Shown: piece after piece, positions 38,155-47,866 of the stretch | Layout: every line of letters starts with the position of its first letter | Position numbering within the stretch: position 1 is the first letter of the stretch | Assembly (NCBI GenBank): GCA_049510215.1 | Contig: JBEKZD010000003.1 | Location: 24,544-88,543, forward strand | Source of the DNA: Verrucomicrobiia bacterium | GTDB taxonomy: Bacteria > Verrucomicrobiota > Verrucomicrobiia > Palsa-1439 | Reading direction: 5' to 3' | DNA length: 64,000 bases | Made by a program: the position numbers and the translations under genes | Notes under the pieces: generated by a model | What the model saw: only the letters and a program-made list of their open reading frames with translations | The model's database searches: none | Told to the model about the DNA's origin: nothing

Positions 38155-39816
38155 TCACTTTCTCACTTGCATCCGTATCTCCAACAGCTTCTTCATCACG
38201 TCGTACAGGTTGCCGTTCCACTCTTTGGTGCCGAAGGCATCATGAAGCTTTCGGTACAGCGGGTAAAGTTCACGATAGACGCTATGCGCCTGCGGATTCG
38301 GCGTGAAGACGCGCTTCTTGACGCCGGTCATCGCCTTCTGGGCATCGGCGTAATTCCTGTGCGCTCCCGCAACCACCGCACCCGCGATGGCGGCTCCGAG
38401 CGCGCACGTCTGGGCGGAGCGGGAGACTTTCATCGGACGGCCCGTCACGTCGGCGTAGATTTGCATCACCAGCGGATTCTTCTCCGCAATGCCGCCGCAG
38501 TTGACGATCTGCGCGACTTTCACACCATATTCTTCGAACCGGTTGATGATCGTCAGAGCGCCGAACGCCGTTGCCTCGATCAACGCGCGGTAAATCTCGG
38601 CGGGCGTCGTGTAGAGAGTCTGACCGAGCAGCAAGCCCGTGAGCCGCTGGTCCACAAGGATCGTGCGGTTGCCGTTGTTCCAGTCCAACGCCAGCAGCCC
38701 TGACTCGCCGGGTTTGAGTTTCGCCGCACCGGTGGTGAGATTTTCGTGGCTGCCGGCGCGGATGTAGTTCACAAACCAGTTGAAGATGTCGCCGACCGCC
38801 GACTGGCCGGCTTCAAGCCCGTAAAATCCGGGTAAGATGCTGCCGTTGACGATGCCGCAAAGGCCGGGGATATCAGCGAGCGGTTCTCCAACGGGCGCAA
38901 CCATCATGTCGCACGTGCTGGTGCCGATGATCTTCACCAGCGTGCCCGGCGCAATCCCCGCGCCGACACCGCCAAGATGCGCATCAAACGCGCCGACGGC
39001 CACGGGCGTGCCGGCCCGCAAACCGGTGCGCTTCGCCCAGTCCGCCGTCAATTTGCCGACGGCGCGGTCAATCGTGTGCGCTTTCGGACGAAGCCGCGCA
39101 CGCAGTTCGCCAAGCTTCGGATGCAACGAACCGAGGAATTCGGCATCGGGGTAGCCGCCCCAGTTGTCGTTGTACATCGCCTTGTGGCCAGCGGCGCAGA
39201 CGCCCACGGTCAACCTGTCGGGTGCTTCCGTGCCCGTCAGCATCGCGGGAATCCAGTCGGCGCATTCGACCCACGTGTGTGCCGCATCGAACACCGCCGC
39301 GTCCGTGCGCAGGCAATGGAGGACCTTGCTGAAAAACCATTCGCTCGAGTACGTCCCACCGCACTTGGCGAGATACTGCGGACGCATCTGTCGCGCGCGC
39401 TCCGTGATCTCCACCGCCTCCGCCACACCGGTGTGGTCTTTCCAGAGCCACGCCATCGCGTTCGGGTTCCTGGCAAACCGTTTGTCCAACGCCAACGGCC
39501 GACCGTTGCGATCCACGGGAATCGGTGTGCTGCCCGTCGTGTCCACGCCGATACCGACGATTTGCTCGGCCTTGAAGCTCTTCACAGCGCGCTTGGCCTG
39601 CGCCAGCGCTTTCTTGATCGTCGTCTCCGCACCCGTGACGTAATCGGCAGGGTGCTGGCGGGCGAGATTCGGGTCACGGGACAAAATCACGCCATGCGTC
39701 CCGTGCGCGTACTCCCAAACCGCCGTGCCCACCTCGCGGCCGTTGCTCGCGTCCACAATCAGGCAGCGGACGGTGTTCGTTCCGTAGTCCAAACCGATGG
39801 AGTATTTGGCGCTCAT
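38155..39816 (-). CDS. araB: ribulokinase (FGGY family)
   Basis: MSAKYSIGLDYGTNTVRCLIVD... N-terminus and FGGY C-terminal domain typical of AraB. SD AAGGAGA upstream of the ATG at 39816. Confidence 0.8.
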   Translation of the reverse strand: MSAKYSIGLDYGTNTVRCLIVDASNGREVGTAVWEYAHGTHGVILSRDPNLARQHPADYVTGAETTIKKALAQAKRAVKSFKAEQIVGIGVDTTGSTPIPVDRNGRPLALDKRFARNPNAMAWLWKDHTGVAEAVEITERARQMRPQYLAKCGGTYSSEWFFSKVLHCLRTDAAVFDAAHTWVECADWIPAMLTGTEAPDRLTVGVCAAGHKAMYNDNWGGYPDAEFLGSLHPKLGELRARLRPKAHTIDRAVGKLTADWAKRTGLRAGTPVAVGAFDAHLGGVGAGIAPGTLVKIIGTSTCDMMVAPVGEPLADIPGLCGIVNGSILPGFYGLEAGQSAVGDIFNWFVNYIRAGSHENLTTGAAKLKPGESGLLALDWNNGNRTILVDQRLTGLLLGQTLYTTPAEIYRALIEATAFGALTIINRFEEYGVKVAQIVNCGGIAEKNPLVMQIYADVTGRPMKVSRSAQTCALGAAIAGAVVAGAHRNYADAQKAMTGVKKRVFTPNPQAHSVYRELYPLYRKLHDAFGTKEWNGNLYDVMKKLLEIRMQVRK

Positions 39817-39991
39817 GTGAAATCTCCTTTCCAATCCACAGGGTTGTCACCCTGATCCCGCCGTAGCGGGAGAATGGTCTCTGTTGTTTCTGTCCAGACG
39901 ACTGAGATTTGCCGTCGCGCGACAGACGGCCCGCAGCGGTTTCGCTCCGCTCAGAATGACAAGTGGACAGGATATACGATGAATCAGGATG

Positions 39992-41038
39992 TTAGTGCTC
40001 AATCATCACCTTCACCACCTTGTCCCCGTACGCCGCATTCAGCTTGAACGCCTCCGTAGCACGCTCCAGCGGAAAACGGTGGCTGATGAGACTTTGTAAA
40101 TCAACACGTCCCCGTACTGCCAGTTCAATCGCGCGCGGGTAGACGTGTTTCATCCGTCGGCTCATCATAATCGTCAGACCTTTGCGACGGGCAGTTGAAT
40201 GTTTCATCTCGAACCGGTCGTCTGAGGGGATGCCCACCGCAACCAGTCGCCCCCCCAGCCGCGCCATCTCGGCAGCCTGCTGAAGCGAATGACCAGCCCA
40301 CGCCGCTTCAAAGGCCATGTCCACACCATGCCCATCGGTTTCCTTCAATACACGCTGAACAGGATCTTCCGAATCGCAGTTGATCGGAATCCCACCGAAA
40401 TGCTCAGCCAATTGCAGACGCCACGAAAACTTGTCGGAGATGAAAACCAGTCCCACACCGGACAGTTTCACGACCTGCAGGATCAACAACCCAATCGGCC
40501 CCGCGCCAAGTATCGCCACGCTGTTGGCCACGCGAATCCTGGCGAGATCGACAGCGTGCATCGCAACGCCGAGCGGTTCGAGCATCGCAGCAGCTTCATC
40601 ATCGAGTTCGTCCGGCACGGGAAAGCAACTCCGTGCCGGCATGTGCATCCACTGGCACAGGCTGCCGTTGTCGGGATAATTCCCGCAGAAGTGCAGCCGA
40701 CGGCAGAGATTCGGATGCCCCCGTTCGCAGAGGTCGCAACGACCGCATGGTTGCGCGGGATCGACGGCCACGCGGGCGCCGATGCGCAACGGCTCGAAAT
40801 TGCCGTCGACCGAATCGGGCCCGACTGCCTCGACCACACCGGCAAATTCGTGGCCGAGAATCAATGGCGACTTCACAACGCTGTCGCCGATGCAGCCGTC
40901 CTGATAAGAGTGCAGGTCGCTACCACAAATGCCCGTGGCGGTCACGCGCAAAAGCACTTCGCCACGTCCGGGCGGCCCGGGGTGTGGCACTTTCTCGACG
41001 CGCAAATCCTTGGATCCATGAAGCCGTGCAGCCAACAT
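39992..41038 (-). CDS. zinc-dependent sugar-alcohol dehydrogenase (MDR family; sorbitol/xylitol/L-arabinitol DH-like)
   Basis: [10 protein letters not shown]...GHEFAGVV... catalytic zinc ligands, a CGRCDLC structural zinc site, and the Rossmann motif GAGPIGL. Confidence 0.75.
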   Translation of the reverse strand: MLAARLHGSKDLRVEKVPHPGPPGRGEVLLRVTATGICGSDLHSYQDGCIGDSVVKSPLILGHEFAGVVEAVGPDSVDGNFEPLRIGARVAVDPAQPCGRCDLCERGHPNLCRRLHFCGNYPDNGSLCQWMHMPARSCFPVPDELDDEAAAMLEPLGVAMHAVDLARIRVANSVAILGAGPIGLLILQVVKLSGVGLVFISDKFSWRLQLAEHFGGIPINCDSEDPVQRVLKETDGHGVDMAFEAAWAGHSLQQAAEMARLGGRLVAVGIPSDDRFEMKHSTARRKGLTIMMSRRMKHVYPRAIELAVRGRVDLQSLISHRFPLERATEAFKLNAAYGDKVVKVMIEH

Positions 41039-41050
41039 TCGACGTATTGT

Positions 41051-41123
41051 GGTAGGGCGCGACCGCCGGGCGCGCCGCTTCTGTTGTTCTCGGTTTCGGA
41101 CGGCCCGGCGGTCCGTCCCTACC
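41051..41123. mobile_element. MITE-like element, family 2 copy
   Basis: ggtagggcgcgaccgccgggcgcgccgcttctgttgttctcggtttcggacggcccggcggtccgtccctacc. Confidence 0.65.
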
Positions 41124-41128
41124 AACGG

Positions 41129-42550
41129 CTATTGGTGATGATAAACTTCCCAGCCCAGGTACTTCGTCAGCGCTTCCTTGACGCCTGCAGCGGTGTGCGT
41201 GGCGTTGATCGCGACGTGATGTTCGAATCCGTTCTCGCAAATGTAGGCCAGCAGTTTCTGGAAATTCGGGATGTGGACGACGCCGTAGCCGCCGAACGTT
41301 TTCAGCGGATCATCGGTCAGTTCGCCTTCGCCGATGTAAGCGCGCACTTTACCCGCAGCATCGTCGGTACTGACGCGCAGATAGGTGAACGGCGCGGCTT
41401 TGACGCGGCCGACAATCGTGCCGTAGGTGTTGGCCTTGCCGACGGTGCCGGCGATGATCTCCTGATAATCCATCACGGGTTTGCCTTCGCCCCTTTCGAC
41501 GAAAATGTCCTTCGGCAGGTTGCTGCAATGGAACACGACGCCTTTGTCGGGATCGTCGCCGTAGTTGTTGTTCCAGTCCACCAACGCGCTCGGTCGGCCG
41601 CTGCCATGCGCCATCGCGTACATCGCCACCGTGCCCATGATGTCCACTTCACACGCGCTCGACATCAGCGTGTTGCTCATCATGCTCATCAACGTGCACG
41701 GCACCACGCCGAAGAATTCCTCCATCGCCGTCCAGCACTGGACGGCGGTAGCGTTGAGCTTGGTCCGCTCCATCCAACTGTCCACGGCGACGCCGAACTT
41801 GGCCATCTTCAGCAATGACGCCGGCGGAACGGCTTTGGCGTTGACGTACTCGCCGATCTGCTTGAGCTTGGCCTTCACCGCCTTGTCGTCGTCCTTCAGT
41901 TTGCCGACCCAGCCAAACAACTCGAACAGGTCGAGGGTCTCGATGCTGATACCGCTTTGTTCGAGCAACTTCTCGCTGTAGCGAACTGTGTTGAATGCTG
42001 TCGGCCGAGCGCCGAGAGCGCCGATGCGCAGGTTGCGCAGGCCGCGCACCACACGGCAGGTCACGGCGAAATCGGCGAGGTCCTGTTTGAAACTGTTGCT
42101 CTTCGGATCCGTCGTGTGCAGCCGCGTGAGTGTGAAGGGGATGTTGTACTGGCGCAGATTGTTGCAGACCGACATCTTGCCGCAAAAGCTGTCACGCCGG
42201 TTGTCGATCAGCATGCTGCCCGGCACATCGGGGAACGCGTGGATCAAAACCGGCACCCGCAGGTCCGCCCAGCGCAGCGCGTTGGCGACTGCGCGCTCGT
42301 CTCCGAAATTGGGCAACGTGACGAGAATGCCGTCGATCTCATTGCGGTGTCTGCCGAACAGGTCGGCGCACTTGCGCGCGTCGTTGTGACTTTCGATGCT
42401 GCCGTACTTCGTTTTCTTCGGAGCGAGCGCGACGACTTCGAAGCCCGCTTTTTCCAGCACTTCCAGAATGAGCGCCCGGCCCTTTTCACAAAGATGAGCG
42501 GGAAAAAAGCCGCGGTTGCCGACCATCAAGCCTAACGTGACAGGTTTCAT
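41129..42550 (-). CDS. L-fucose/L-arabinose isomerase family protein (probable L-arabinose isomerase given the araBD context)
   Basis: FucI-like N-terminal domain plus the C-terminal L-fucose-isomerase-type domain (about 473 aa after trimming to MKPVTLG). Not the canonical AraA fold family. Confidence 0.7.
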   Translation of the reverse strand: MKPVTLGLMVGNRGFFPAHLCEKGRALILEVLEKAGFEVVALAPKKTKYGSIESHNDARKCADLFGRHRNEIDGILVTLPNFGDERAVANALRWADLRVPVLIHAFPDVPGSMLIDNRRDSFCGKMSVCNNLRQYNIPFTLTRLHTTDPKSNSFKQDLADFAVTCRVVRGLRNLRIGALGARPTAFNTVRYSEKLLEQSGISIETLDLFELFGWVGKLKDDDKAVKAKLKQIGEYVNAKAVPPASLLKMAKFGVAVDSWMERTKLNATAVQCWTAMEEFFGVVPCTLMSMMSNTLMSSACEVDIMGTVAMYAMAHGSGRPSALVDWNNNYGDDPDKGVVFHCSNLPKDIFVERGEGKPVMDYQEIIAGTVGKANTYGTIVGRVKAAPFTYLRVSTDDAAGKVRAYIGEGELTDDPLKTFGGYGVVHIPNFQKLLAYICENGFEHHVAINATHTAAGVKEALTKYLGWEVYHHQ

Positions 42551-42724
42551 GTTGCTCTCCTTTGACACCGGGTAATCCATAAACTTATGCACTGGGTTTT
42601 CAACAGGCTCTCGCAAGACGCCGAAAATCCGGTTCATCTTTTGCCATATTCCTGCTACAAACAGCAATACCAATCTCACTGATGGATGCGATCAAAAGTG
42701 GCGGACGCCAAGCACACTCAACCT

Positions 42725-42808
42725 CCTCACCTTGATCCTCTCCTCCGACGAACGGAGGAGAGGAAATCCCCTCTCCCTTGCCGTTCAAGGGAGAGGGTCA
42801 GGGTGAGG
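42725..42808. mobile_element. MITE-like element, family 1 copy (intergenic)
   Basis: cctcaccttgatcctctcctccgacgaacggaggagaggaaatcccctctcccttgccgttcaagggagagggtcagggtgagg. Confidence 0.7.
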
Positions 42809-42846
42809 GTTCCGGGCCGCCGCTGCACGTGATGCGGGAGGCAGTT

Positions 42847-44502
42847 ATGGCACGCTTGTTCCTCGGACTCGATTCCAGCACGCAGAGCCTGTCGGCCATC
42901 GTGATCGATCACGATACGCGGAAGGCCGTGTACGAAGCGTCGCTGAACTTCGACCAATCGCTCTCGCACTACGGCACGCAGAACGGCACGTTGCGCAACA
43001 AAGACCCGCTGGTCGTGCACAGTCCGCCGTTGATGTGGGCGGAAGCGCTCGACCTGATGTTCGTGCAAATGAAGAATGACGGCCTGCCGCTCGGCGACAT
43101 CCTGGCCATAAGCGGCAGCGGTCAGCAACATGGGTCGGTCTATCTCAACGACCGTGTTGCCGATGCACTAGCCAATCTCGACCCGGCCAAGAGCCTCGTG
43201 GAGAATCTCAGCGGCACATTTGCACGGGCAACGTCGCCGATCTGGATGGATTCCTCAACCAGTGCCGAGTGCGCCGAGATCCGCCAGAAACTTGGCGGCA
43301 TCAAGGCCACGGCGCAACTGACAGGCTCAGACACTTTCGAGCGATTCACCGGGCCGCAGATCCGCAAGTTCTACAAGACCGAGCCGGAGAACTACGAGCG
43401 AACCGCGAGCATCGCGCTCGTGAGTTCGTTCATGGCGTCCATCATCGCCGGGAAGATCGCACCGATCGATCACGGCGACGGCGCGGGCATGAACCTGATG
43501 GACATCAGGAAGAAGACGTGGCATCCCGACGCGCTCAAAGCCACCGCGCCGCGCTTGAAACAGAAGCTTCCGCCGCTCGCCGAGTCATCGAGAATCATCG
43601 GTTCGGTCAGTCCGTATTTCGTGAAGAAGTACGGACTCAATCCTGATGCACAGGCGCTGGTCTGGTCGGGTGACAACCCGTGCAGCCTCATCGGCCTCGG
43701 CCTTATCAAGGAAGGCATGGTCGCCATCAGCCTCGGCACCAGCGACACCTATTTCGGTTTCATGAAACGCTGCCCCGAAGGCTTTCGGGGCGAAGGTCAC
43801 GTGTTCGGATCTCCTACTGGTGACTACATGACGCTCATCTGTTTCAAGAACGGCTCGCTCGCCCGCGAAAAGATCCGCGACCAGTACGGCCTCGACTGGA
43901 ACGGTTTCAACCGCGCGCTGGCCAGCACGCCACCCGGCAACAACGGCGGCATTCTCCTGCCGTGGTTCGAAGCCGAGATCGTCCCGCGTGTCAACAAGCC
44001 CGGCATCCACCGTTTCGACCTCGACGAACGCGACGCCGCCGTGAACTGCCGGGCGGTCGTCGAAGCGCAGATGATGTCGATGCGCCTCCACTCGCAATGG
44101 ATGAAAGTCGCACCGAAGCGCATCTACGCCACCGGCGGCGCCTCGATGAACACCGCGATCCTTCAAGTGATGGCCGACGTGATGAACTGTCCCGTCCTGC
44201 GCATCGAGGTCGCTAAGAGTGCCGCGCTTGGCGCCGCGTTGCGCGGCGCCCACGGGTACTTGGTAGCGCAAGCCTCCGCGCTTGCGAAAAGGGGAAAGAT
44301 GGTAGGAAGGGATCACCGCCGAGGCGGGACAGGCGCCCGCGCCACCAATCTCTGGCAGGAAATCGTCGCCGGCTTCACCAACCCGATCACCAACAGCGAA
44401 ATCAAACCCAACCGGAACTCCGCCGAGGTTTACGACAAGCTAATCGGGAAGTATGCCTCGTGCGAACGGCGGGTTCTCCAAGCCTGTCAGAACGAAGTGT
44501 GA
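42847..44502 (+). CDS. FGGY-family sugar kinase (xylulokinase-like)
   Basis: MARLFLGLDSSTQSLSAIVID... N-terminus and FGGY C-terminal domain (ATGGASMN). Carries a C-terminal tail beyond typical XylB length. The internal 18-mer CCCCGAAGGCTTTCGGGG is shared with 29821-29838. Confidence 0.7.
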   Translation: MARLFLGLDSSTQSLSAIVIDHDTRKAVYEASLNFDQSLSHYGTQNGTLRNKDPLVVHSPPLMWAEALDLMFVQMKNDGLPLGDILAISGSGQQHGSVYLNDRVADALANLDPAKSLVENLSGTFARATSPIWMDSSTSAECAEIRQKLGGIKATAQLTGSDTFERFTGPQIRKFYKTEPENYERTASIALVSSFMASIIAGKIAPIDHGDGAGMNLMDIRKKTWHPDALKATAPRLKQKLPPLAESSRIIGSVSPYFVKKYGLNPDAQALVWSGDNPCSLIGLGLIKEGMVAISLGTSDTYFGFMKRCPEGFRGEGHVFGSPTGDYMTLICFKNGSLAREKIRDQYGLDWNGFNRALASTPPGNNGGILLPWFEAEIVPRVNKPGIHRFDLDERDAAVNCRAVVEAQMMSMRLHSQWMKVAPKRIYATGGASMNTAILQVMADVMNCPVLRIEVAKSAALGAALRGAHGYLVAQASALAKRGKMVGRDHRRGGTGARATNLWQEIVAGFTNPITNSEIKPNRNSAEVYDKLIGKYASCERRVLQACQNEV

Positions 44503-44539
44503 CACGGCGCCGCTGCTGATTGACAACCGGAAGGGAATC

Positions 44540-45361
44540 TTAACGTCCACCAACCGACGGATTGAAACCCACGTCCTCCGGTTTGCTGCCCGACCTCACC
44601 TGGTTCACATAGGTGACATAGGCCTTGTCCGAGTCGTCCCGGTAAATGCCGAACGTGAGATACGGCCCGACATCGTCGTTGTAGCCAACGGGGCCATGGT
44701 ATTGCACTACCGGTTTGCCCTGCCACCAAACGTTAATGAATCCATCTTCTTCAAAGGACCACTTTGCTTGCACCACAAAATCGTTCCATTCATTGAGAGG
44801 AAATGAGTTCGTTCCGAATAGTTCCTTGGATAGGACGGCGTCAGCGTCGCGAACCACGCGCTCGGCACTGTGCCGTAACGTGATGAAAAAGCGTCCGCTC
44901 CGGTACCGAAATGCCAGGACCGGGCTTCTGCCCACTTCTCCCAGATACGTCTTGTCTTCCCCATGCCATTGGGCCAGCACCAACCGGTTATTCTCGATGG
45001 GGAAGTCTTGCGGCAGGTAAAGATCGAGCCGGTACCATCGCACGGATTTCATTGGGGGGTACTCGTCGGTATCCACCTCCGTACGAAAGGTCCTCGACCC
45101 GCTTCTGTTCGCCCAATCTTCTCCCTTCCTCAACTCAAACCGCAGTGAATCCTCTCCATGGAGCGAGGGTTGTGAGACTCTTTGAATGGACCAGGGCTTG
45201 GCGGGAGACTTCAAAACCCATTTGGAACCGAACGGCTTCAACCATCCGCTGTTGGCGTCCTTCGACGGCGTCGCGGCCGACCCTGCGTCTCGCGCCAACA
45301 GCCAAATCGCCACCAGCGAGAGAAGCGCCCCGACTGTTGCACGACGGAAGCATGTGTTCAT
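44540..45361 (-). CDS. secreted concanavalin-like polysaccharide lyase family protein
   Basis: Signal peptide. The WHGED...FRYRSGRFFI...WNDFVVQAKWS...INVWWQGKPVV...GPYLTFGIYR pattern resembles the Polysacc_lyase (PF14099; heparinase I / PL20-like) fold. Confidence 0.45.
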   Translation of the reverse strand: MNTCFRRATVGALLSLVAIWLLARDAGSAATPSKDANSGWLKPFGSKWVLKSPAKPWSIQRVSQPSLHGEDSLRFELRKGEDWANRSGSRTFRTEVDTDEYPPMKSVRWYRLDLYLPQDFPIENNRLVLAQWHGEDKTYLGEVGRSPVLAFRYRSGRFFITLRHSAERVVRDADAVLSKELFGTNSFPLNEWNDFVVQAKWSFEEDGFINVWWQGKPVVQYHGPVGYNDDVGPYLTFGIYRDDSDKAYVTYVNQVRSGSKPEDVGFNPSVGGR

Positions 45362-45546
45362 CGTTATCCATCCAGAAGTCGATTGGGTTTTCAGGTTGAA
45401 ACGGATGCGCTTGTAACAGGAAGGCGTTGCAAGAACAACCCAATAACTGGCTTTGGCGGTTCACGGTTGATCGTAACCCAGAACCTTTACCCCGAGTCCT
45501 TTTCGGCGCTGGACGCGGCAACCCCAGGCCAAGGCGTCAGCCTCCT

Positions 45547-46308
45547 TTAGAGTAGCGATTTCGCTTGTACTCGAATACGAGCAAGCCCCAAAACGGTTGA
45601 ATTGTAACGGCTAGGCATGGCCTTTCCAAACAATGCTTGGTCGATAGGATCGTCCAGAGGCAGAGGCTTGGTGTGGCCGCCCGTCATTGTTTTTACACCC
45701 GCCCGACGAATCCGGTAGGCCAGCAGATCGGCTGCTTGGAGGGGCAGTCCTTCTAGCGCCCTTTTGTCGCGGAAACGGATTTCGGTAATTCTACGATCAA
45801 CCGCCTTGAAATCAGAATATGTATCGTGGATCAAGTGCTTCCAACTTTTGTCCGTGGTGTCGTCAAAAATAAAGGTGAAGTTTTCAGTACACAGTGGCCA
45901 GCGGTCATTCACTTCTTGGAGGAAGGACTCAAAAAAAAGTTTGGGACATGATCTGCGCGGGTCTCCCTTCGATGCCAGCCGATGAAGGCTCCTGACGTTG
46001 ATTAAACCGCCAATATGAAATCTCGGCCACCTACCGGCAATCTCTGCCAGTTCTACAAGGAAGGAATCAACCCGCGCTTGGGGCCATGCGTGATATATTG
46101 ACTTCCTATCTCTGTCCCTGAACCTAATCTCGCGGTAATGAAAGTATGGGGGTCCGTATTCACCCAGCTTGCTTTGCCACTCGCGGCAAAAATTCAGCCA
46201 GTCTCCGCGCCACGCCACGAATCCAGCCAGTGCCGCGACCTTTGATCCCGGCTCCATGCCTTCACGGTCATGTATTCCCGATTCATCGGCGTAAATGTCA
46301 ATGCTCAC
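45547..46308 (-). CDS. DUF3800-family protein (low-GC accessory gene)
   Basis: (V)SIDIYADESG matches the DUF3800 N-terminus. GTG start with GGAAG 7 nt upstream. Local GC is about 50% versus about 62% in the flanks. Confidence 0.5.
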   Translation of the reverse strand: MSIDIYADESGIHDREGMEPGSKVAALAGFVAWRGDWLNFCREWQSKLGEYGPPYFHYREIRFRDRDRKSIYHAWPQARVDSFLVELAEIAGRWPRFHIGGLINVRSLHRLASKGDPRRSCPKLFFESFLQEVNDRWPLCTENFTFIFDDTTDKSWKHLIHDTYSDFKAVDRRITEIRFRDKRALEGLPLQAADLLAYRIRRAGVKTMTGGHTKPLPLDDPIDQALFGKAMPSRYNSTVLGLARIRVQAKSLL

Positions 46309-46357
46309 TATCAAGCTTCCTGAAAACTCTGGAGCAAATCTTTGTGGAGAGACGAGA

Positions 46358-47773
46358 TTACTTCTTCCGTCTCGGCGGGGCGTGGACGCAAGTGCCATGG
46401 AGGGCGTGAGCGGCTTCCATCCATGCTTCGCTGAACGTCGGATGCGCGTGAATGGTCTTGCCGAGTTCGGCAGCGGTAAACTCGGCGCGGATGGCCGTCG
46501 TCGCTCCGGCGATCAACTCCGTGGCGTGCGGACCGATCGCGGCTGCACCGAGCAGTTGATCGGTTGCAGCGTCGGCGATCCATTTGACGAAGCCGACCGT
46601 TTCGTTAACTGCCATGGCGCGGCCCAAACCGCTGAAGCGAAACTTGCCGGTCTTGACGGCGCGGTTCTGTTTCTTCGCGTCTTCCTCGGTGATGCCCACC
46701 AGCGCGACTTCGGGTGACGTGAAGATGACGCCCGGCACGAGCGTGTCGTGTCTCTGCAGCCGATGGCCGCAGGCATTGGACGCAGCAGCAATGGCTTGCG
46801 CCGTCGCGTAGTGCGCCAGTTGCACCTTGCCCGTGACGTCGCCGATGGCATAGACCGTGGCGACGGCAGTGCGACCGTACTCGTCGGCCTCGATGAATCC
46901 CCGATCATTCGTCTTCAGCCCGGCGTTCTCCAGTTTCAGGCCGTCCGTGACCGGCTTCCGCCCGACCGAGACCAGCAACAACTTCGCTTCAAGCATTTCG
47001 TCACCGCACAGGCCGCGCACACCGTTGTCGTCCGCAGCAATTTTCTCCAGCGCTTTGCCGGTGAGCACGCGAATACCGAGCTGTTGCTCCATGTGCGCGC
47101 GGACTTCGCGGCGCACGTCGGCGTCGAGCAACAGAAGGATATCCTCCAGCAATTCAACAATCGTCACCTTTGCTCCGCATTGCGCCGCCATGCAGGCCAG
47201 TTCGCAGCCGATGTAACCGCCGCCGAGAACCAGCAGCGATTCCGGCAGCTTGTCGAGATCGAGGAACGCGCGGCTTTCGACCACGCGGGAGTGTTTGGGC
47301 AGAAACCCGGGCACGGCAGAGGTTGAGCCGGTGGCGATGATCGTCTTCTTCGCGCCAATTTGAATGGTGGCACAGGCCTCCGTGCCTGTGGCAGTACTGC
47401 CAGTAATCTCAATCGTGTTGCGGTCCTTGAACGATGCCGTGCCGCTGAATTGTTTCACGCCATTGGCGGTGAGCAACTGCTTGACTCCGCCCCGCAACTG
47501 GTCGACCACCTTGTTCTTGTGGGCGATCATAGCCGCGTAATCGACCGACGCATCTTTGACCGTGATCCCGAGCGCGTCGGCGTGGCGGATGTGTTGATAG
47601 AGATCGGCGGCGGCGATCAGCGCCTTGGTCGGGATACAGCCCCAGTTAAGGCAAGTGCCGCCGAGTTGTTCCTTCTCGACGATAGCGACGGACGCGCCGA
47701 GTTGCGCCGCGCGGATGGCCGCGGGATACCCCCCCGGCCCAGCGCCGATGACGACGATGTCAAATGTGTCCAT
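46358..47773 (-). CDS. lpdA: dihydrolipoyl dehydrogenase (E3)
   Basis: MDTFDIVVIGAGPGGY... FAD motif and redox disulfide GGTCLNWGCIPTK. C-terminal dimerisation domain with HAHPTFSEA. Confidence 0.9.
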   Translation of the reverse strand: MDTFDIVVIGAGPGGYPAAIRAAQLGASVAIVEKEQLGGTCLNWGCIPTKALIAAADLYQHIRHADALGITVKDASVDYAAMIAHKNKVVDQLRGGVKQLLTANGVKQFSGTASFKDRNTIEITGSTATGTEACATIQIGAKKTIIATGSTSAVPGFLPKHSRVVESRAFLDLDKLPESLLVLGGGYIGCELACMAAQCGAKVTIVELLEDILLLLDADVRREVRAHMEQQLGIRVLTGKALEKIAADDNGVRGLCGDEMLEAKLLLVSVGRKPVTDGLKLENAGLKTNDRGFIEADEYGRTAVATVYAIGDVTGKVQLAHYATAQAIAAASNACGHRLQRHDTLVPGVIFTSPEVALVGITEEDAKKQNRAVKTGKFRFSGLGRAMAVNETVGFVKWIADAATDQLLGAAAIGPHATELIAGATTAIRAEFTAAELGKTIHAHPTFSEAWMEAAHALHGTCVHAPPRRKK

Positions 47774-47788
47774 GTTACTGTTCCTCAG

Positions 47789-47850
47789 TTTGTAGCCGCG
47801 AAACTCTTTCGCGGCCCTTTTCCCGCCGCGAATACGATTCGCGGCTACAA
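47789..47850. repeat. palindromic intergenic element TTGTAGCCGCGAA...TTCGCGGCTACAA (copy 1 of 2)
   Basis: ttgtagccgcgaaactctttcgcggcccttttcccgccgcgaatacgattcgcggctacaa. Two GCCGCGAA-N5-TTCGCGG hairpins inside 13-nt terminal inverted repeats. Second copy at 59817-59880. Confidence 0.75.
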
Positions 47851-47866
47851 AATCAGAGCGACGGTG

